NCBI GenBank assembly: GCA_002104905.1
Contig: MCFE01000105.1
Location: forward strand, 62,001-126,000
Direction: 5' to 3'
Length of the DNA stretch: 64,000 bases
From: Basidiobolus meristosporus CBS 931.73
Lineage: Eukaryota > Fungi > Basidiobolomycota
A program made the translations under genes and the position numbers. Below are positions 1 through 13,109 of this stretch, piece after piece. Under the pieces are notes generated by a model. The model did no database searches. It was not told the DNA's origin and worked only from the letters and a program-made list of their open reading frames with translations. Every line of letters starts with the position of its first letter. Position 1 is the stretch's first letter.

Positions 1-3000
1 ATCAACTTCAGTCTCAACAGCTGATGAGGACTCTCACATAATCAACCATAATACTCAGCCAGTAAGGATGAGGATCAATGACCTTGAAGAAGACCTACAG
101 GCCTTCATATCTAGGAGCTACAAGTTTGACCTTGCACTTGAAAAAGCCTGGCTGTTTTGTTGTAATCCATCAATCAGCTGGAGAGCCCATGCAACTCAAA
201 TCCAGAAGGACAACAAGACCTATGAGCTAATACCTACCCAACCAGATTTCAACTTGGTCAATTCTAGTGTGTGTGAAATAAATGAACTTAGCAAGTCATA
301 GCTCTGTAGAGTTCTTTGAAAAGGTACCAGTAGGTTCCTCATGGCAGTATAAAAGGAGGACTCCTCTACTCCAGCACTCCAGAAAATTCAGACTATTTTG
401 AAGGAATATTCAGCAATGTTACTGGATGAACTTGTAAGCCTACTACCAGTCAGAGATGGGGATCATGCCATTAACACAGGTGCTACCCTCCAGTGAGCAA
501 GACACCTTACAGAATGAGTCCAATGGAATTAAAAGAGATAGAGAGACAAATAGATCAATCAATAGAGTGAGGATACATCAGACCCAGCAAGTTGACTGGG
601 GGAGCACCAGTACTTCTTGTAAAAAAAGGATGGACTACTTGGGATGTGAATAGACTGAAGTGCCCTCAACTCAGCAACTGTGAAGAATAAGTACCCCATA
701 CCTTGGACTGATGAGCTTCTGGACCAACTCAATGGAGCTACTATATTCAGCAAGAATGACCTCATGTCAGGATGCAACCAGACTAGACTGAAACCTGAAG
801 ACATCCCTAAGCTAGCATTCAGGATCATTTATAGACACTGTGAGTTCTTAGACATGTGCTTTGGCCTTACCAATGCCTCTGCAACAGTCATGACCCTGAT
901 CCAAACAGTCTTCCAGGAGTACTTAGACAAGTGTGGTAATCTACATAGGAAACATATTAATATACAGCAAGACTAAAGAGGAACACTTGGGGCTTCTTGA
1001 AAAGGTTTTGAAGAAGTTAAGAGAAAATTAGCTGTATGGCAAGCTAGCAGAGTGTGAATTCTTGAACAAACCTGTTGAATATCTGGGATGCTTAGTGACT
1101 AGCACAGATGTGACATTAGACCCCAAGAAGGCTGAAGTCAGCAAAAATCTGAAGCAGCCACCTAAAATATCAGAGCTCAGATCATTCCTTGGAATGGTTT
1201 CATATTACTGGAGATTTGTCAAGTTCTTTGCAAGTATTGCAGCCCCTTGACCTGATATTATCAAGAAAGACAACACCTTGAAGTGGGAAATAGCTAGTGA
1301 GACAGCCTTTCAGATGCTTAGGACTGAACTTGCTAAGCTGCCAAGCATAAGAATCCCAGACCTCAGAAAAGTGTATACTCTGTGCATAGACACTTCAGAC
1401 TATGCAATTAGTGGAGTATTGAGCCAAGAACATGAGGGAAAAGACTACCCAGTTGCTTTGGGTCCAAGAAGTTGAACTCTGCTGAACAAAACTATACAGT
1501 GCTTGAGAAGGAGCTGCTTGCCATAATACACTGCTTGAAGACCTGGAAATGCTACATTGAAAGAGTCAAGTGCACTGTGAAGACTGATCACACCTAAACC
1601 AAGTATACACTTACTCAGAAAATGCTCTCCAGAAGAATGGTATGATGGAGTGAATACATTCAGCAAGTTGACTTGGTGACTGCTGATGCCTTATCAAGAG
1701 TAGAACTAGTTGCACAACTCAACTTGGTGCCTGAATCAGACTGGCCTAGCTTATTACCAAAGTACTAGTAGGACCAAGCCACTCCTAATGAGGTGGATCA
1801 AGAGATCAAGTAGTTAAACCAAGACAAAGTCAGTAAATTTGTGATACAGGATGAAACATTCTATCAGGTTGATTATGGAAGCCCTATTGCCTATTGCCCT
1901 TATGTTACTTGCCTGGATTTAATACATAAGCTACACAGTGAGTATGAATATCTTAGAATTGAACAAACCTAGAACTTTGTGAAAGCCAGAGCATGGTGGC
2001 CCATACTAAACAGGATACTGAGAAGCTAGTGATAACATGCTCTAATAGCCAAATCAACCAAGGCCAACCACATAGAATTGCTTAACTCTTTGCCCTGAAG
2101 CCTGTAAGACCATCTGAGAGATGAGGTATTGACTTTACTGGAAAACTGGGAGCTACCAGGAAATGCAACTGTTAGATCCTAGTAGCAATTGACCATGCTA
2201 CCAAATGACCAGTAGCTAAAGCAGTAGCTGTAGCTAGTGAATAAGAAATTGCAAGTTTCATCTACTGAGAGATCCTCATGAACTTTGGATGCCCTGTGGA
2301 GATTTTATCCAAAAGACAAGCAAACCTTATGTCAAAGACATTGGAAGCTCACCAGGAAATGCTGCAGATCAAATACCTGAAGACCTTGGCCTATCACCCT
2401 GGAACTAATGGAGTCACTGAGCAGTTTAATTTATTATTTGGAAAATGCTGACTAAATATGCAAATGGAGCTGTGAGTGGATGGGATGAGCATATAGACCA
2501 AGAACTTTTTGCATGCAGAGTTAGAGTAGACAATACCACCCAACAATTACCATTTTACTTGGTGTATGGATGTTAACCAAGGATTCCAAGATATGTCACA
2601 CAACCAAAGCTTATAGTCACCATAGAGGAGAAACTCTGTCAGGCAAGTAGACACCACCAGCTGGTACAATGACATCAAGAGACACAGGCCAAAGCATCTC
2701 AAAGTGGAGAAATGATGAAGTAGAGATTTGATAAGACTACATCACCTGAGATATTAAAGCTGGGAGCTATGTATTGCTGGGAAACAACATTCAGAAGAAG
2801 TCTGAGCCACAATAGACACAACCTTTCCAGATCATCAGAGAATGTTCATTTGCAAGTTACCTGCCAATGAACAAACAAGAGAGTATCCTGGATGATTTTA
2901 CTTTGAAAGACAGACTCAACTTGCAAGACTTGCCAACAATACAAAACAATCAAATATTTGTATCACAAGAAAAGTGATTCAGGAGAACCCTCTGAACTCT

Positions 3001-3012
3001 GGTAAGGGAGAA
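1..3012 (+). mobile_element. Degenerate Ty3/gypsy LTR retrotransposon, pol region (RT, RNase H, integrase), 5' part outside window
   Basis: Fragmented ORFs with gypsy RT motifs (KNKYPIP..DELLDQL.GATIFSK.DL; FGLTNA; ELRSFLGMVSYY), RNase H (DTSDYAISGVLSQ; EKELLAI) and integrase remnants to ~2,900; many stops and frameshifts; purine tract GGTAAGGGAGAA at 3001-3012. Confidence 0.9.
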
Positions 3013-3734
3013 TTTTATGATTTACTGCTTGGGTGTTTAAGTAAGATCAATTTTTAGTGAAGTCAGTTAGTTTTATGTTTAGCCTATCAGTATCTCAATG
3101 CTATCTATCAAATCAGTAGTATTAGTCAGCAGATGGATCTGTTGTAAGAGTCTTGGAGAAATTGGAAGTGATAGGGAAGACAGGTACATTATGTGGTTTT
3201 CACTTAATGATTTATTGAATGTAAAAGTAGTATTAATACTTTTACATGGTCTTTGCATTACAAGCATGTAGAACAGGTTAAGGAAGGTGTCAAGAACATT
3301 TGTGCAAAGTTTGGGGCTGTTTGGACAACTTTGAGAATTTTCATGTTCTGGGTACCTGGTATCTTGGTGAAAATATTCTAAGTAAATCCCAACAAGCAAT
3401 TTGGTGAGTATTCCTTAGGATTTGAGGGTAATGATCTAAGTGACTAAGTTAGGTGAATATTTATGTCAAATTACAAATTTTTACAACAGAACTAGCAGAT
3501 CCTTGTCAGACAGAAATAGATGTTTAAGTAGGATCTAACTTGGAGATAATAATGCAATCAAATGAGTCATCAGCCACAACCTACATTAGGAAATGCAATT
3601 ATTCCACAATTAATCTTGCACAATCTATATAGGAAGCGTCTGGAACTGCAATAAAAATCAGTTTAAGTTATAGTGAATTCATTGCTAACTAAACTTCCTA
3701 TACCTCTACAACCCTTATATCCACACTTGTAACA
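3013..3734 (+). repeat. 3' LTR of the gypsy element (~369 bp) interrupted by a copia-A solo LTR
   Basis: Follows the polypurine tract and ends CTTGTAACA. After removing 3140-3488 it aligns end to end with the solo LTR at 13495-13863. Confidence 0.75.
3140..3488 (-). repeat. Copia family A solo LTR (349 bp), inverted
   Basis: Reverse complement of the family A LTR with TG..CA ends. Flanks GGATC/GAACT are a decayed 5-bp target duplication: 5 extra bases relative to the uninterrupted gypsy LTR at 13495. Confidence 0.9.
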
Positions 3735-3772
3735 CTATTTCCTGACTTCTCTGGACCATTGCATCTATCCTA

Positions 3773-4473
3773 TGTTATAAAAATTTGTATTCCACCTAAA
3801 TATTCACCTAACTTAGTCACTTAGATTGTTACCCTCAAATCCTACAGAATACTGACCAAATTCCTTGTCAGGATTTACTTAAACTATTTTCACCAAAATA
3901 TTGTTGTAAGAGTCTTGAAGATATTGGAGGTGATTTGGAGAACAAGTATATTATGTGGTTTTCACTTAATGATTTATTGAGTGTAAAAGTAGTATTTATA
4001 TTTTTACTTGGTCTTGGCATTACAAACACATAAAATAGGTTGAGGAAGGTCCCAAGAACATGTGTGCAAATTTGGGGCTGTTTGGACAACTTTGAGAATT
4101 TTCATGTTCTGGGTACCTGGTATTTTGGTGAAAATATTCTAAGTAAATCCCAACAAGGAATTTGGTCAGTATTCCCTAGGATTTGAGGGTAGTGATCTAA
4201 ATGACTAAGTTAGGTGAATATTTAGGTGGAATTATAAATTTTTACAACAAATATCAGGTACCCAGAACATGAAAATTCTCAAAGTTGTCCAAACAGCCCG
4301 AAACTTTGCACACATGTTCTTGGGATCTTCCTTAACCTATTCTATGTGCTTGTAATGCCAAGACCAGGTAAAAGTATAAATACTACTTTTATATTCAATA
4401 AATCATTAAGTGAAAACCACATAATCTACTTGTTTTCCAAATCACCTCCAATATCTCAAAGACTCTTACAACA
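3773..4473 (+). repeat. 5' LTR of tandem copia-A element, split by a same-family inverted solo LTR
   Basis: Begins TGTTATAAAA and ends CTTACAACA; contiguous with the LTR consensus once 3902-4249 and one AATAT are removed. Confidence 0.9.
3902..4249 (-). repeat. Copia-A solo LTR nested inside a copia-A LTR
   Basis: 348 bp with TG..CA ends; perfect 5-bp TSD AATAT at 3897-3901 and 4250-4254. Confidence 0.95.
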
Positions 4474-4487
4474 GGCTATGAGCCCTG
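4474..4487 (+). promoter_or_regulatory. Primer-binding site complementary to the tRNAi-Met anticodon arm (Ty5/copia type)
   Basis: GGCTATGAGCCCTG directly after the LTR; GGTTATGGGCCC at 8791; GGTTATGAGCCC at 24007 and (reverse) 27320-27331. Confidence 0.85.
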
Positions 4488-4504
4488 AGCTGTCACTCTC
4501 TACA

Positions 4505-7500
4505 ATGTCTACTACTGCTATTACTGGAATTTTTCCCTCTGCTGAAAAGTTGGATGGATCTAACTACCAAGTGTGGAAGGTGAAGATGAAGATGTTGCTA
4601 CAAGAAAGAAGCCTTTGGGATATTTTCATGGGAGAAAAATGCCCTCCTAAAAACATGGGAGAGGAAGCCTTGAAGTACCAGAAGAAAGAACAAAGTGCCT
4701 TAACTGCACTTGCCTTAATGTTAAAGTCAAATTACTAATTCAATGCTCAAGAGCAATAAAAGGTAAAGAATGCCTGGAAGGCATTAGAAGACACCCACCA
4801 GTCATGTTCAGCTGCCAAGAAAATGTATCTGAGACAAAAATTCTTTATTACAAAGATGCTGCCCGGAGAAGAAATGAAAAATCTAATTAACAGAATTACC
4901 CTGCTGGAAGATGAGATGGAATCTGTGGGCGTACTAACTACTGATGAGGATGTGATAGTTACCATCCTGAATAGCCTGACAGACAAGCTTCAGGTCCTTG
5001 TATCAGCCCTAGAGTCCAGAACTGAAGATTTGACCTTAAATTACGTATATGGAAGGCTCCTGGATGAAGAATTAAGAAAATCAAGCACCAATAAGAAGGA
5101 AGAAGAAAATGCTTTAATAAGCAATGATAACCAACAAAGGAGGTACCCAAGACCCTTCAAAGGCAACAGCAACCTGTTTTGTAACTACTGCAAAAGGAAA
5201 GGACACACATCAGACTGGTGTCCCAAAATGAGAGATTATCAGCAAAAGTAGCCTGAATATGGAAATGCTGCAACAACTGAAGATAGACTATATATATCTG
5301 CACTCAATATGACCACAAACAAGGATTCTCAGACGTGGTATATTGACTCTGGAGCTTCTCAACACTTTACACACCAAAAGAACTTTTGACCCTATATCAA
5401 GAGATTACAATTAAGAAGGTTTTCATGGGTCACAATAGAACACTTGATGTAGTGGGAGAAGGAACTAACCAAGTGAAGGAAGCCATACACTGATCTTCAA
5501 ATAAGTACTCTATGTACCAGACATAGCCAAGAACCTACTATCTGTAAGAAAGGCCACAGCAGAAGGACTCAGTGTCAGTTTTGACAATTCTGGATGCAAG
5601 ATCACTGATCAAAATGGTGCCCATATTGCTTTGGGCATTGGAGATCAGAATCTATACAAGTTGACTTATATTCCATCATATCTGAAAGCCGATATAGGTA
5701 ACTTAAATAAAGAAACACCAATGCTTTGGCACAGGAGGATTAGACACATCAATTTTGATTATATGCATAAAATGATCAAAGATCAGCTAATTTCTGGAGT
5801 GAAAATTGATCCCCCAACTAATTTGGAGCACTGTGAAGCCTGCATATATGGGAAACAAGCCAGACAACTGTTCAAGAGCTCTGGGTTAATCAAAACTAAG
5901 AAAAAACTAGATCTAACTCACTCAGATCTGTGTGGACCTATGCAAAATTTATCCTTACACAGGATGAAGTATTTAATAACCTTTATTGATGATTATACAA
6001 GATACACATGGGTATACTTCATGGAGAGAAAGGAGGAAGCTCTGTTAAAGCTCAGGGAGTATAAAGCCATGGTGGAGAGAGAAACTGGTGAAAAAATCAA
6101 GAAAATACGCACTAACAATGGTGGAGAATATACCTCAAAACTCTTCATCCACTTCTGCAAAATTCATGGGATAAAGCAAGAGAGTACTGTACCATACTCC
6201 CCACAGCTATATGGAGTGGCAGAACAAGCTATCAGATCAATAATTGATATGGCAAGATCTATGATCCATGATCAAAAATTATCCTATGATTTTTGGGCAG
6301 AATCAGTTGCCACTGCTGTATACCTTAAAAATAGGAGTTATAGCATAATACTTTGTGACTCTGCTCCATTTGAAGCATGGCATGGATACCTACCAAGTGC
6401 AGAAAATCCCAGAATATTTGGGTGTACAGCATATACCAAAAAGCTGGCCGGATATCAGCCAAATATGAGCCAATTAGTGTAAAATGCATATTTTTGGGCA
6501 ACTGCAATGAGAGTAATGCATGCAGACTCTACAATACCAAAGCAAAGAAGCTGATCAGGTCCAGGGATGCGTTGTTAGATGAAAATTTGAAATTTTCACA
6601 AAAAATAACATCAGATGATGACAGAGATTTGATCTCAAGTCCACCAACTGTCAGGATTGAATCAGAGCAAAATAATGAAAATTTTTTCACTTCAGGGGAC
6701 TCTACAACCATGGTTCAGCCAGAATCAATGCCCAGGAATATGCCAGAAGTGATCATTCTAGTATCAAATACCCAGAGATCCAATTGGACAAGAAATAGCC
6801 CAAATTACTATATCAATGATGGTTTAAACTTAGCCTATGCCTATTCAGTCCATGTTGATGAACCCCTGCCTGTAAAAGAGGCCCTAAATAGCCCTCAGAC
6901 AAAGTTTTGAAGATCTGCAATGACTGAGGAATATCAGGCCCTGATGGAAAATCACACTTGGGACTTGGTCAAATTACCAATCAACCAAAAATCAATTGGA
7001 TGCAGATGGGTCTGCAAGACAAAATACAAGGCTGATGATACAATTAAAAGATACAAAGCAAGACTTGTAGCCAAAGGATACTCTCAAACAAAAGGACTTT
7101 ACTATACTGAGACCTTTGCACTGGTAGCCAAGTTGAATTCCATCAGATTAATATTTGCTATTGCAGCCAAATATAAGTTTTTTATTCATCAAATGGATGT
7201 AAAAACTGCACTTTTGAATGGATCACTTGATGAGGATGTGTATATGGACCAGCCTGATGGGTTTGTCAGCCAAGATAATCACCATTTGGGCTGCAAGCTT
7301 AAAAAGTCACTATATGGTATCAAACAATCACTGAGAGCCTGGAATTGCAAGATAGATTCTTATTTGGAATCTTTGAGTTTCAAAAGGAGTAATGCTGACT
7401 ATAGTATATATTATAAGCCAGATAGAGCAAATCCAGTTCTATTAGCTCTATATGGGGATTATCTTATTATAGCCACCAATAACCTAGCAACATTGGAAGA

Positions 7501-8430
7501 GACTAAATCCAGCCTGTCTAATGAGCTCAAGATGTCCAATCTAGGAGAACTCAATTACTACTCAGGGATTAAGTTCTCCATAGACAGAAGTACCCAGACT
7601 ATCACCCTAAGCCAATCCAAGTATATTCAAGATATACTAAAGAAGTACAAAATTGAAGACTGTAAACCGGCAGCTACCCCAATCAAGACAAACCTCAACT
7701 TGGTCAAAACTCAACCAAATCAAGAGAGTTTGGTGCCATCTGAAAGCCCTGACTTTCTTTATCAATCTATGGTTAGCATTCTGATGTATATCATGCCTGG
7801 AACACATCCAGATGTCTCATATTCAGTGGGAGTTGTCAGCCTGCATAATCAGAACTATGGATTGGATCATATTGCAGCAGTTGAGCGGATTTTTAGATAC
7901 TTAAAAGGAGCTGCTGATATCTGCTCAAGATACACTTATAAGGATTCAGAACAGGACCTTGTGGTATACTCTGATGCTGATTGGGGACAAAATTTAGGAG
8001 ACAGAAGATCCACCACAGGATACACCTTCTTTACTGTAAAGGAGCAATTTCATGGAATTCAAGAGAGCAACCAACTGTAGCACTTTCCACCACAGAGGCA
8101 GAGTATATGGCAGCCTGTGAAGCTACAAAAGAAGCAATGTGGTTAAGAAAGTTTATAACTGATTTAGGCCTATGTCAAAAAATGCCTATCACTTTATTTC
8201 AAGATAATCAAGGATGTTTACAATTAGGTAGAAATCCAACTTTTCATGCCAGAGCTAAGCACATAGATATTAGACATCATTTCATATGTGAAGCTATAGA
8301 GGATAGCTTAGTTAACTTAGTTTACTGTCCTACAGATGAAATGATTGCAGACATATTTACCAAACCATTAGCTAGAGACAAGTTTGAATATCTTAGGTCA
8401 AAATTAGGACTAGTCAGTATGACCACTTAG
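4505..8430 (+). pseudogene. Copia-A gag-pol copy 1 (gag, CCHC knuckle, protease, integrase, RT, RNase H), disrupted
   Basis: EKLDGSNYQVWKVKM (gag N-terminus), CNYCKRKGHTSDWC, WYIDSGASQHF, HSDLCGP/FIDDYTRY integrase, YKARLVAKG/HQMDVKTA RT, YSDADW and KHIDIRHHF RNase H. Several frameshifts; RT YVDD reads YGDY. Confidence 0.93.
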
Positions 8431-8441
8431 CTGAGTGGGAG

Positions 8442-8790
8442 TGTTGTAAAAACGTGTATTTCCATCTAAATATTCACCTAACTTAGTCACTTAGATCATT
8501 ACCCTCAAATCCTAGAGAATACTGACCAAATTCCTTGTTGGGATTTACTTAGAATATTTTCACCAAAATACCAGGTACCCAGAACATGAAAATTCTCAAA
8601 GTTGTCCAAACAGCCCCAAACTTTGCACACATGTTTTTGGGACCTTCCTTAACCTATTCTACGTGTTTGTAATACCAAGACCAGGTAAAAGTATAAATAC
8701 TACTTTTATATTCAATAAACCAATAAGTGAAAACCACATAGTCTACTTGTTCTCCAAATCACTTCCAATATCTCCAAGACTCTTACAACT
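8442..8790 (+). repeat. Shared central LTR of the tandem copia-A element
   Basis: Preceded by the PPT and followed directly by PBS GGTTATGGGCCC. Confidence 0.93.
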
Positions 8791-8821
8791 GGTTATGGGC
8801 CCCAAGCTGTCACTCTCTGCA

Positions 8822-11800
8822 GTGTCCACTACTGCTATGACTAAATTTTCTCTCTGCTGAAAAGTTGGATGGACCTAACTACTAAGTGTGGAAGGTGAAA
8901 ATGAAGATGCCGCTGCAAGAAAGAGGCCTTTGGGATATTATCATGGCAGTAGAATGCCCTCCTAAAAACATGGGAGAGGAAGCCTTGAAGTACCAGAAGA
9001 ACAAACAAAGTGCCATTAACTGCATTTGCCTTAATGTCAAAGACAATTTGCTAATTCAATGCTCAAGAGCAAAAATGGCAAAGAATGCCTGGAAGGCATT
9101 AGAAGACACCTACCAGCCAGGTTCAGCTGCTTAAAAAATGTATCTGAGATGAAAATTTTTACTACAAAGATTCTGCCAGCAGAAGAAATGAAAAATCTAA
9201 TTAACAGAATTACCCTGCTGGTAGATGAGATGGAATCTGTGGGTGTACTAACTACTGATGAGGATGTGATAGTTACCATCCTGAATAGCCTGACAGACAA
9301 GCTTCAGGTCCTTGTATCAGCCCTAGAGTCCAGAACTGAAGATTTGACCTTAAATTACGTATATGGAAGGCTCCTGGATGAAGAATTAAGAAAATCAAGC
9401 ACCAATAAGAAGGAAGAAGATAATGCTTTAATAAGCAATGATAACCAACAAAGGAGGTACCCAAGACCCTACAAAGGCAACAGCAACCTATTTGGTAACT
9501 ACTGCAAAAGGAAAGGATGCTCATCAGACTGGTGTCTCAAAATGAGAGATTATCAGCAAAAGAAGCCTGAATATGGAAATGCTGCAACAACTGAAGATAG
9601 ACTATACATATATGCACTAAACATGACCACAAACAAGGATTCTCAGACGCGGTATATTGACTCTGGAGCATCTAAACACTTTACACACCAAAAAGAACTT
9701 TTTACCCTATATCAAGAAATTACAATTAAGAAGGTTTTCATGGGTCACAATAGAACACTTGATGCAGTGGGAGAAGGAACTAACCAAGTGAAGGAAGCCA
9801 TACACTGATCTTCAAATAAGTACTCTATGTACCAGACATAGCCAAGAACCTACTATCTGTAAGAAAGGCCACAGCAGAAGGACTCAGTGTCAGTTTTGAC
9901 AATTCTGGATGCAAGATCACTGATCAAAATGGTGCCCATATTGCTTTGGGCATTGGAGATCAGAATCTATACAAGTTGACTTATATTCCATCATATCTGA
10001 AAGCCGATATAGGTAACTTAAATAAAGAAACACCAATGCTTTGGCACAGGAGGATTAGACACATCAATTTTGATTATATGCATAAAATGATCAAAGATCA
10101 GCTAATTTCTGGAGTGAAAATTGATCCCCCAACTAATTTGGAGCACTGTGAAGCCTGCATATATGGGAAACAAGCCAGACAACTGTTCAAGAGCTCTGGG
10201 TTAATCAAAACTAAGAAAAAACTAGATCTAACTCACTCAGATCTGTGTGGACCTATGCAAAATTTATCCTTACACAGGATGAAGTATTTAATAACCTTTA
10301 TTGATGATTATACAAGATACACATGGGTATACTTCATGGAGAGAAAGGAGGAAGCTCTGTTAAAGCTCAGGGAGTATAAAGCCATGGTGGAGAGAGAAAC
10401 TGGTGAAAAAATCAAGAAAAACGCTCTGACAATGGTGGAGAATATACCTCAAAACTCTTCATCAGCTTGTGCAGAATTCATGAGATAAAGCAAGAGACTA
10501 CTGTACCATACTCCCCACAGCAAAATGGAGTGGCAGAACAAGCTATCAGATCAATAATTGATATGGCAAGATCTATGATCCATGATCAAAAATTATCCTA
10601 TGATTTTTGGGCAGAATCAGTTGCCACTGCTGTATACCTTAAAAATAGGAGTTATATCAGAATACTTTGTGATTCTGTCTCCATTTGAAGCATGGCATGG
10701 ATACAGACCAAGTGCAGAAAATCCAAGAATACTTGGGTGTACAGCATATGCCAAAAAACTGGCCAGAAATCAGTCAAATTTGAGCCAAAAAGTGTAAAAT
10801 GCATATTTTTGGGCTGCTGCAATGAGAATAAGGCATTCAGACTCTACAATACAAAAGCAAAGAAGCTGATCAAGTCCAGGGATGTGTTGTATAATGAAAA
10901 TTCAAAAGCTTTACAAAAAATGATATCAGATGATGACAGAAATTTGATCTCAAGTCCACCAACTGTCAGGATTGAATCAGAGCAAAATAATGAAAGTTTT
11001 TTCACTTCAGGGGACTCTACAACCATGGTTTAGCCAGAATCAGTGCCCAGGAATATCCCAGAAGTGATCATTCCAGTATCAAATGCCCAGAGATCCAATT
11101 GCACAAGAAATAGCCCAAGTTACTATATCAATGATGGTTTAAACTTAGCCTATGCCTATTCAGTCCATTTTTATGAACCCCTGACTGCAAAAGAGGCCCT
11201 AAATAGCCCTCAGACAAAGCTTTGGAGATCTGCAATGACTGAGGAAAATCAGGCCCTGAGGGAAAATCAAACTTGGGACTTAGTCAAATTACCAATCAAC
11301 CAAAAATCAATTGGATGCAGATGGGTCTGCAAGACAAAATACAAGGGTGATGGCACTGTTGAAAGATACAAAGCAAGACTTGTAGCCAAAGGATACTTTC
11401 AAACAAAAGGACTTTACTATACTGAGACCTTTGCACCGGTAGCCAAGTTTAATTCCATCAGATTAATATTGGCTATTGCAGCCAAATATAAGTTTTTTAT
11501 TCATCAAATGGATGTAAAAGTGTCATTTTGAATGGAGAACTTGATGCAGATGTGTATATGAACCAGCCTGAAAGGTTTGCTGACTAAGGTAGCCCCCATT
11601 TGGTCTGCAAGCTTAAAAAGTCACTATATGGTCTCAAACAATCACTGAGAGCCTGGAATTGCAAGATAGATTCTTATTTGGAATCTTTGAGTTTCAAAAG
11701 GAGTAATGCTGACTATAGTATATATTATAAGCCAGATAGAGCAAGTCCAGTTCTATTAGCTCTATATGGGGATTATCTTATTATAGCCACCAATAACCTA

Positions 11801-12745
11801 GCAACATTGGAAGAGACTAAATCCAGCCTGTCTAATGAGCTCAAGATGTCCAATCTAGGAGAACTCAATTACTACTCAGGGATTAAGTTCTCCATAGACA
11901 GAAGTACCCAGACTATCACCCTAAGCCAATCCAAGTATATTCAAGATATACTAAAGAAGTACAAAATTGAAGACTGTAAGCCGGCAGCTACCCCAATCAA
12001 GACAAACCTCAACTTGGTCAAAACTCAACCAAATCAAGAGAGCTTGGTGCCATCTGAAAGCCCTGACTTTCTTTATCAATCTATGGTCAGCAGTCTGATG
12101 TATATCATGCTTAGAGCACGTCCAGATATCTCATATTCAGTTGGAGTTGTCAGCCAACATAATCAGAACTATGGATCTGATCATATTGCAGCAGTTGAGC
12201 GGATTTTTAGATACTTAAAAGGAACTGCTGATATCTGCTTAAGATACACTTATAAGGATTCAGAACAGGATCTTGTGGTATACTCTGATGCTGATTGGGG
12301 ATAAAATTTAGGAGATAGAAGATCCACCACAGGATACACCTTTCTTTACTGTAAAGGAGCAATTTCATGGAATTCAAGAAAGCAACCAACTGTAGCACTT
12401 TTCACCACAGAGGCAGAGTATATGGCAGCCTGTGAAGCTACAAAAGAAGCAATGTGGTTAAGAAAACTTTTTACAGATTTAGGCCTATGTCAAAAAATGC
12501 CTATTACTTTATTTCAAGATAATCAAGGATGTTTACAATTAGGTAGAAATCCAACTTTTCATGCCAGAGCTAAGCACATAGATATTAGACATCATTTCAT
12601 ATGTGAAGCTATAGAGGATAGCTTAGTTAACTTAGTTTACTGTCCTACAGATGAAATGATTGCAGACATATTTACCAAACCATTAGCTAGAGACAAGTTT
12701 GAATATCTTAGGTCAAAATTAGGACTAGTCAGTATGAACATTTAG
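8822..12745 (+). pseudogene. Copia-A gag-pol copy 2, disrupted
   Basis: Same domain order as copy 1, offset ~4,317 bp; multiple stops and frameshifts; same YGDY lesion. Confidence 0.93.
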
Positions 12746-12756
12746 CTGAGTGGGAG

Positions 12757-13104
12757 TGTTGTAAAATTTGTATTTCCACCTAAATATTCACCTAACTTAG
12801 TCACTTAGATCATTACCCCCAAGTCCTGGAGAATACAGACCAAAGTTCCTTGTTGGGATTTGCCTAGAATATCTTCACCAAAATACCAGGTACCCAAAAC
12901 ATGAAAATTCTGAAAGTTGTCCAAACAGCCCCAAACTTTGCACACATGTTCTTGGGACCTTCCTCAAACTATTTTACATGCTGTTATGTCAAGACCTGGA
13001 AAAAGTATAAATGTTACTTTTACATTGAATAAATCAATATGTGAAAGCCACATAATCTACTTGTTCTTCAAATCACTTCCAATATCTACAAGACTCTTAC
13101 AACA
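12757..13104 (+). repeat. 3' LTR of tandem copia-A element
   Basis: PPT then TGTTGTAAAA...CTTACAACA; followed by TACTA. Confidence 0.93.
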
Positions 13105-13109
13105 TACTA

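Larger units (their letters stand above)
3773..13104 (+). mobile_element. Tandem Ty1/copia family A structure LTR-internal-LTR-internal-LTR
   Basis: LTRs at 3773-4473 (split), 8442-8790 and 12757-13104; two ~3.97 kb internal regions, each with PBS and PPT (TGAGTGGGAG); outer flanks TCCTA/TACTA (4/5 match, probable TSD). Confidence 0.92.

Noticed and set aside
2700-3012. Chromodomain at the end of the gypsy integrase
   Set aside because: No recognisable chromodomain aromatic motif before the polypurine tract; the sequence is too decayed to exclude it fully.
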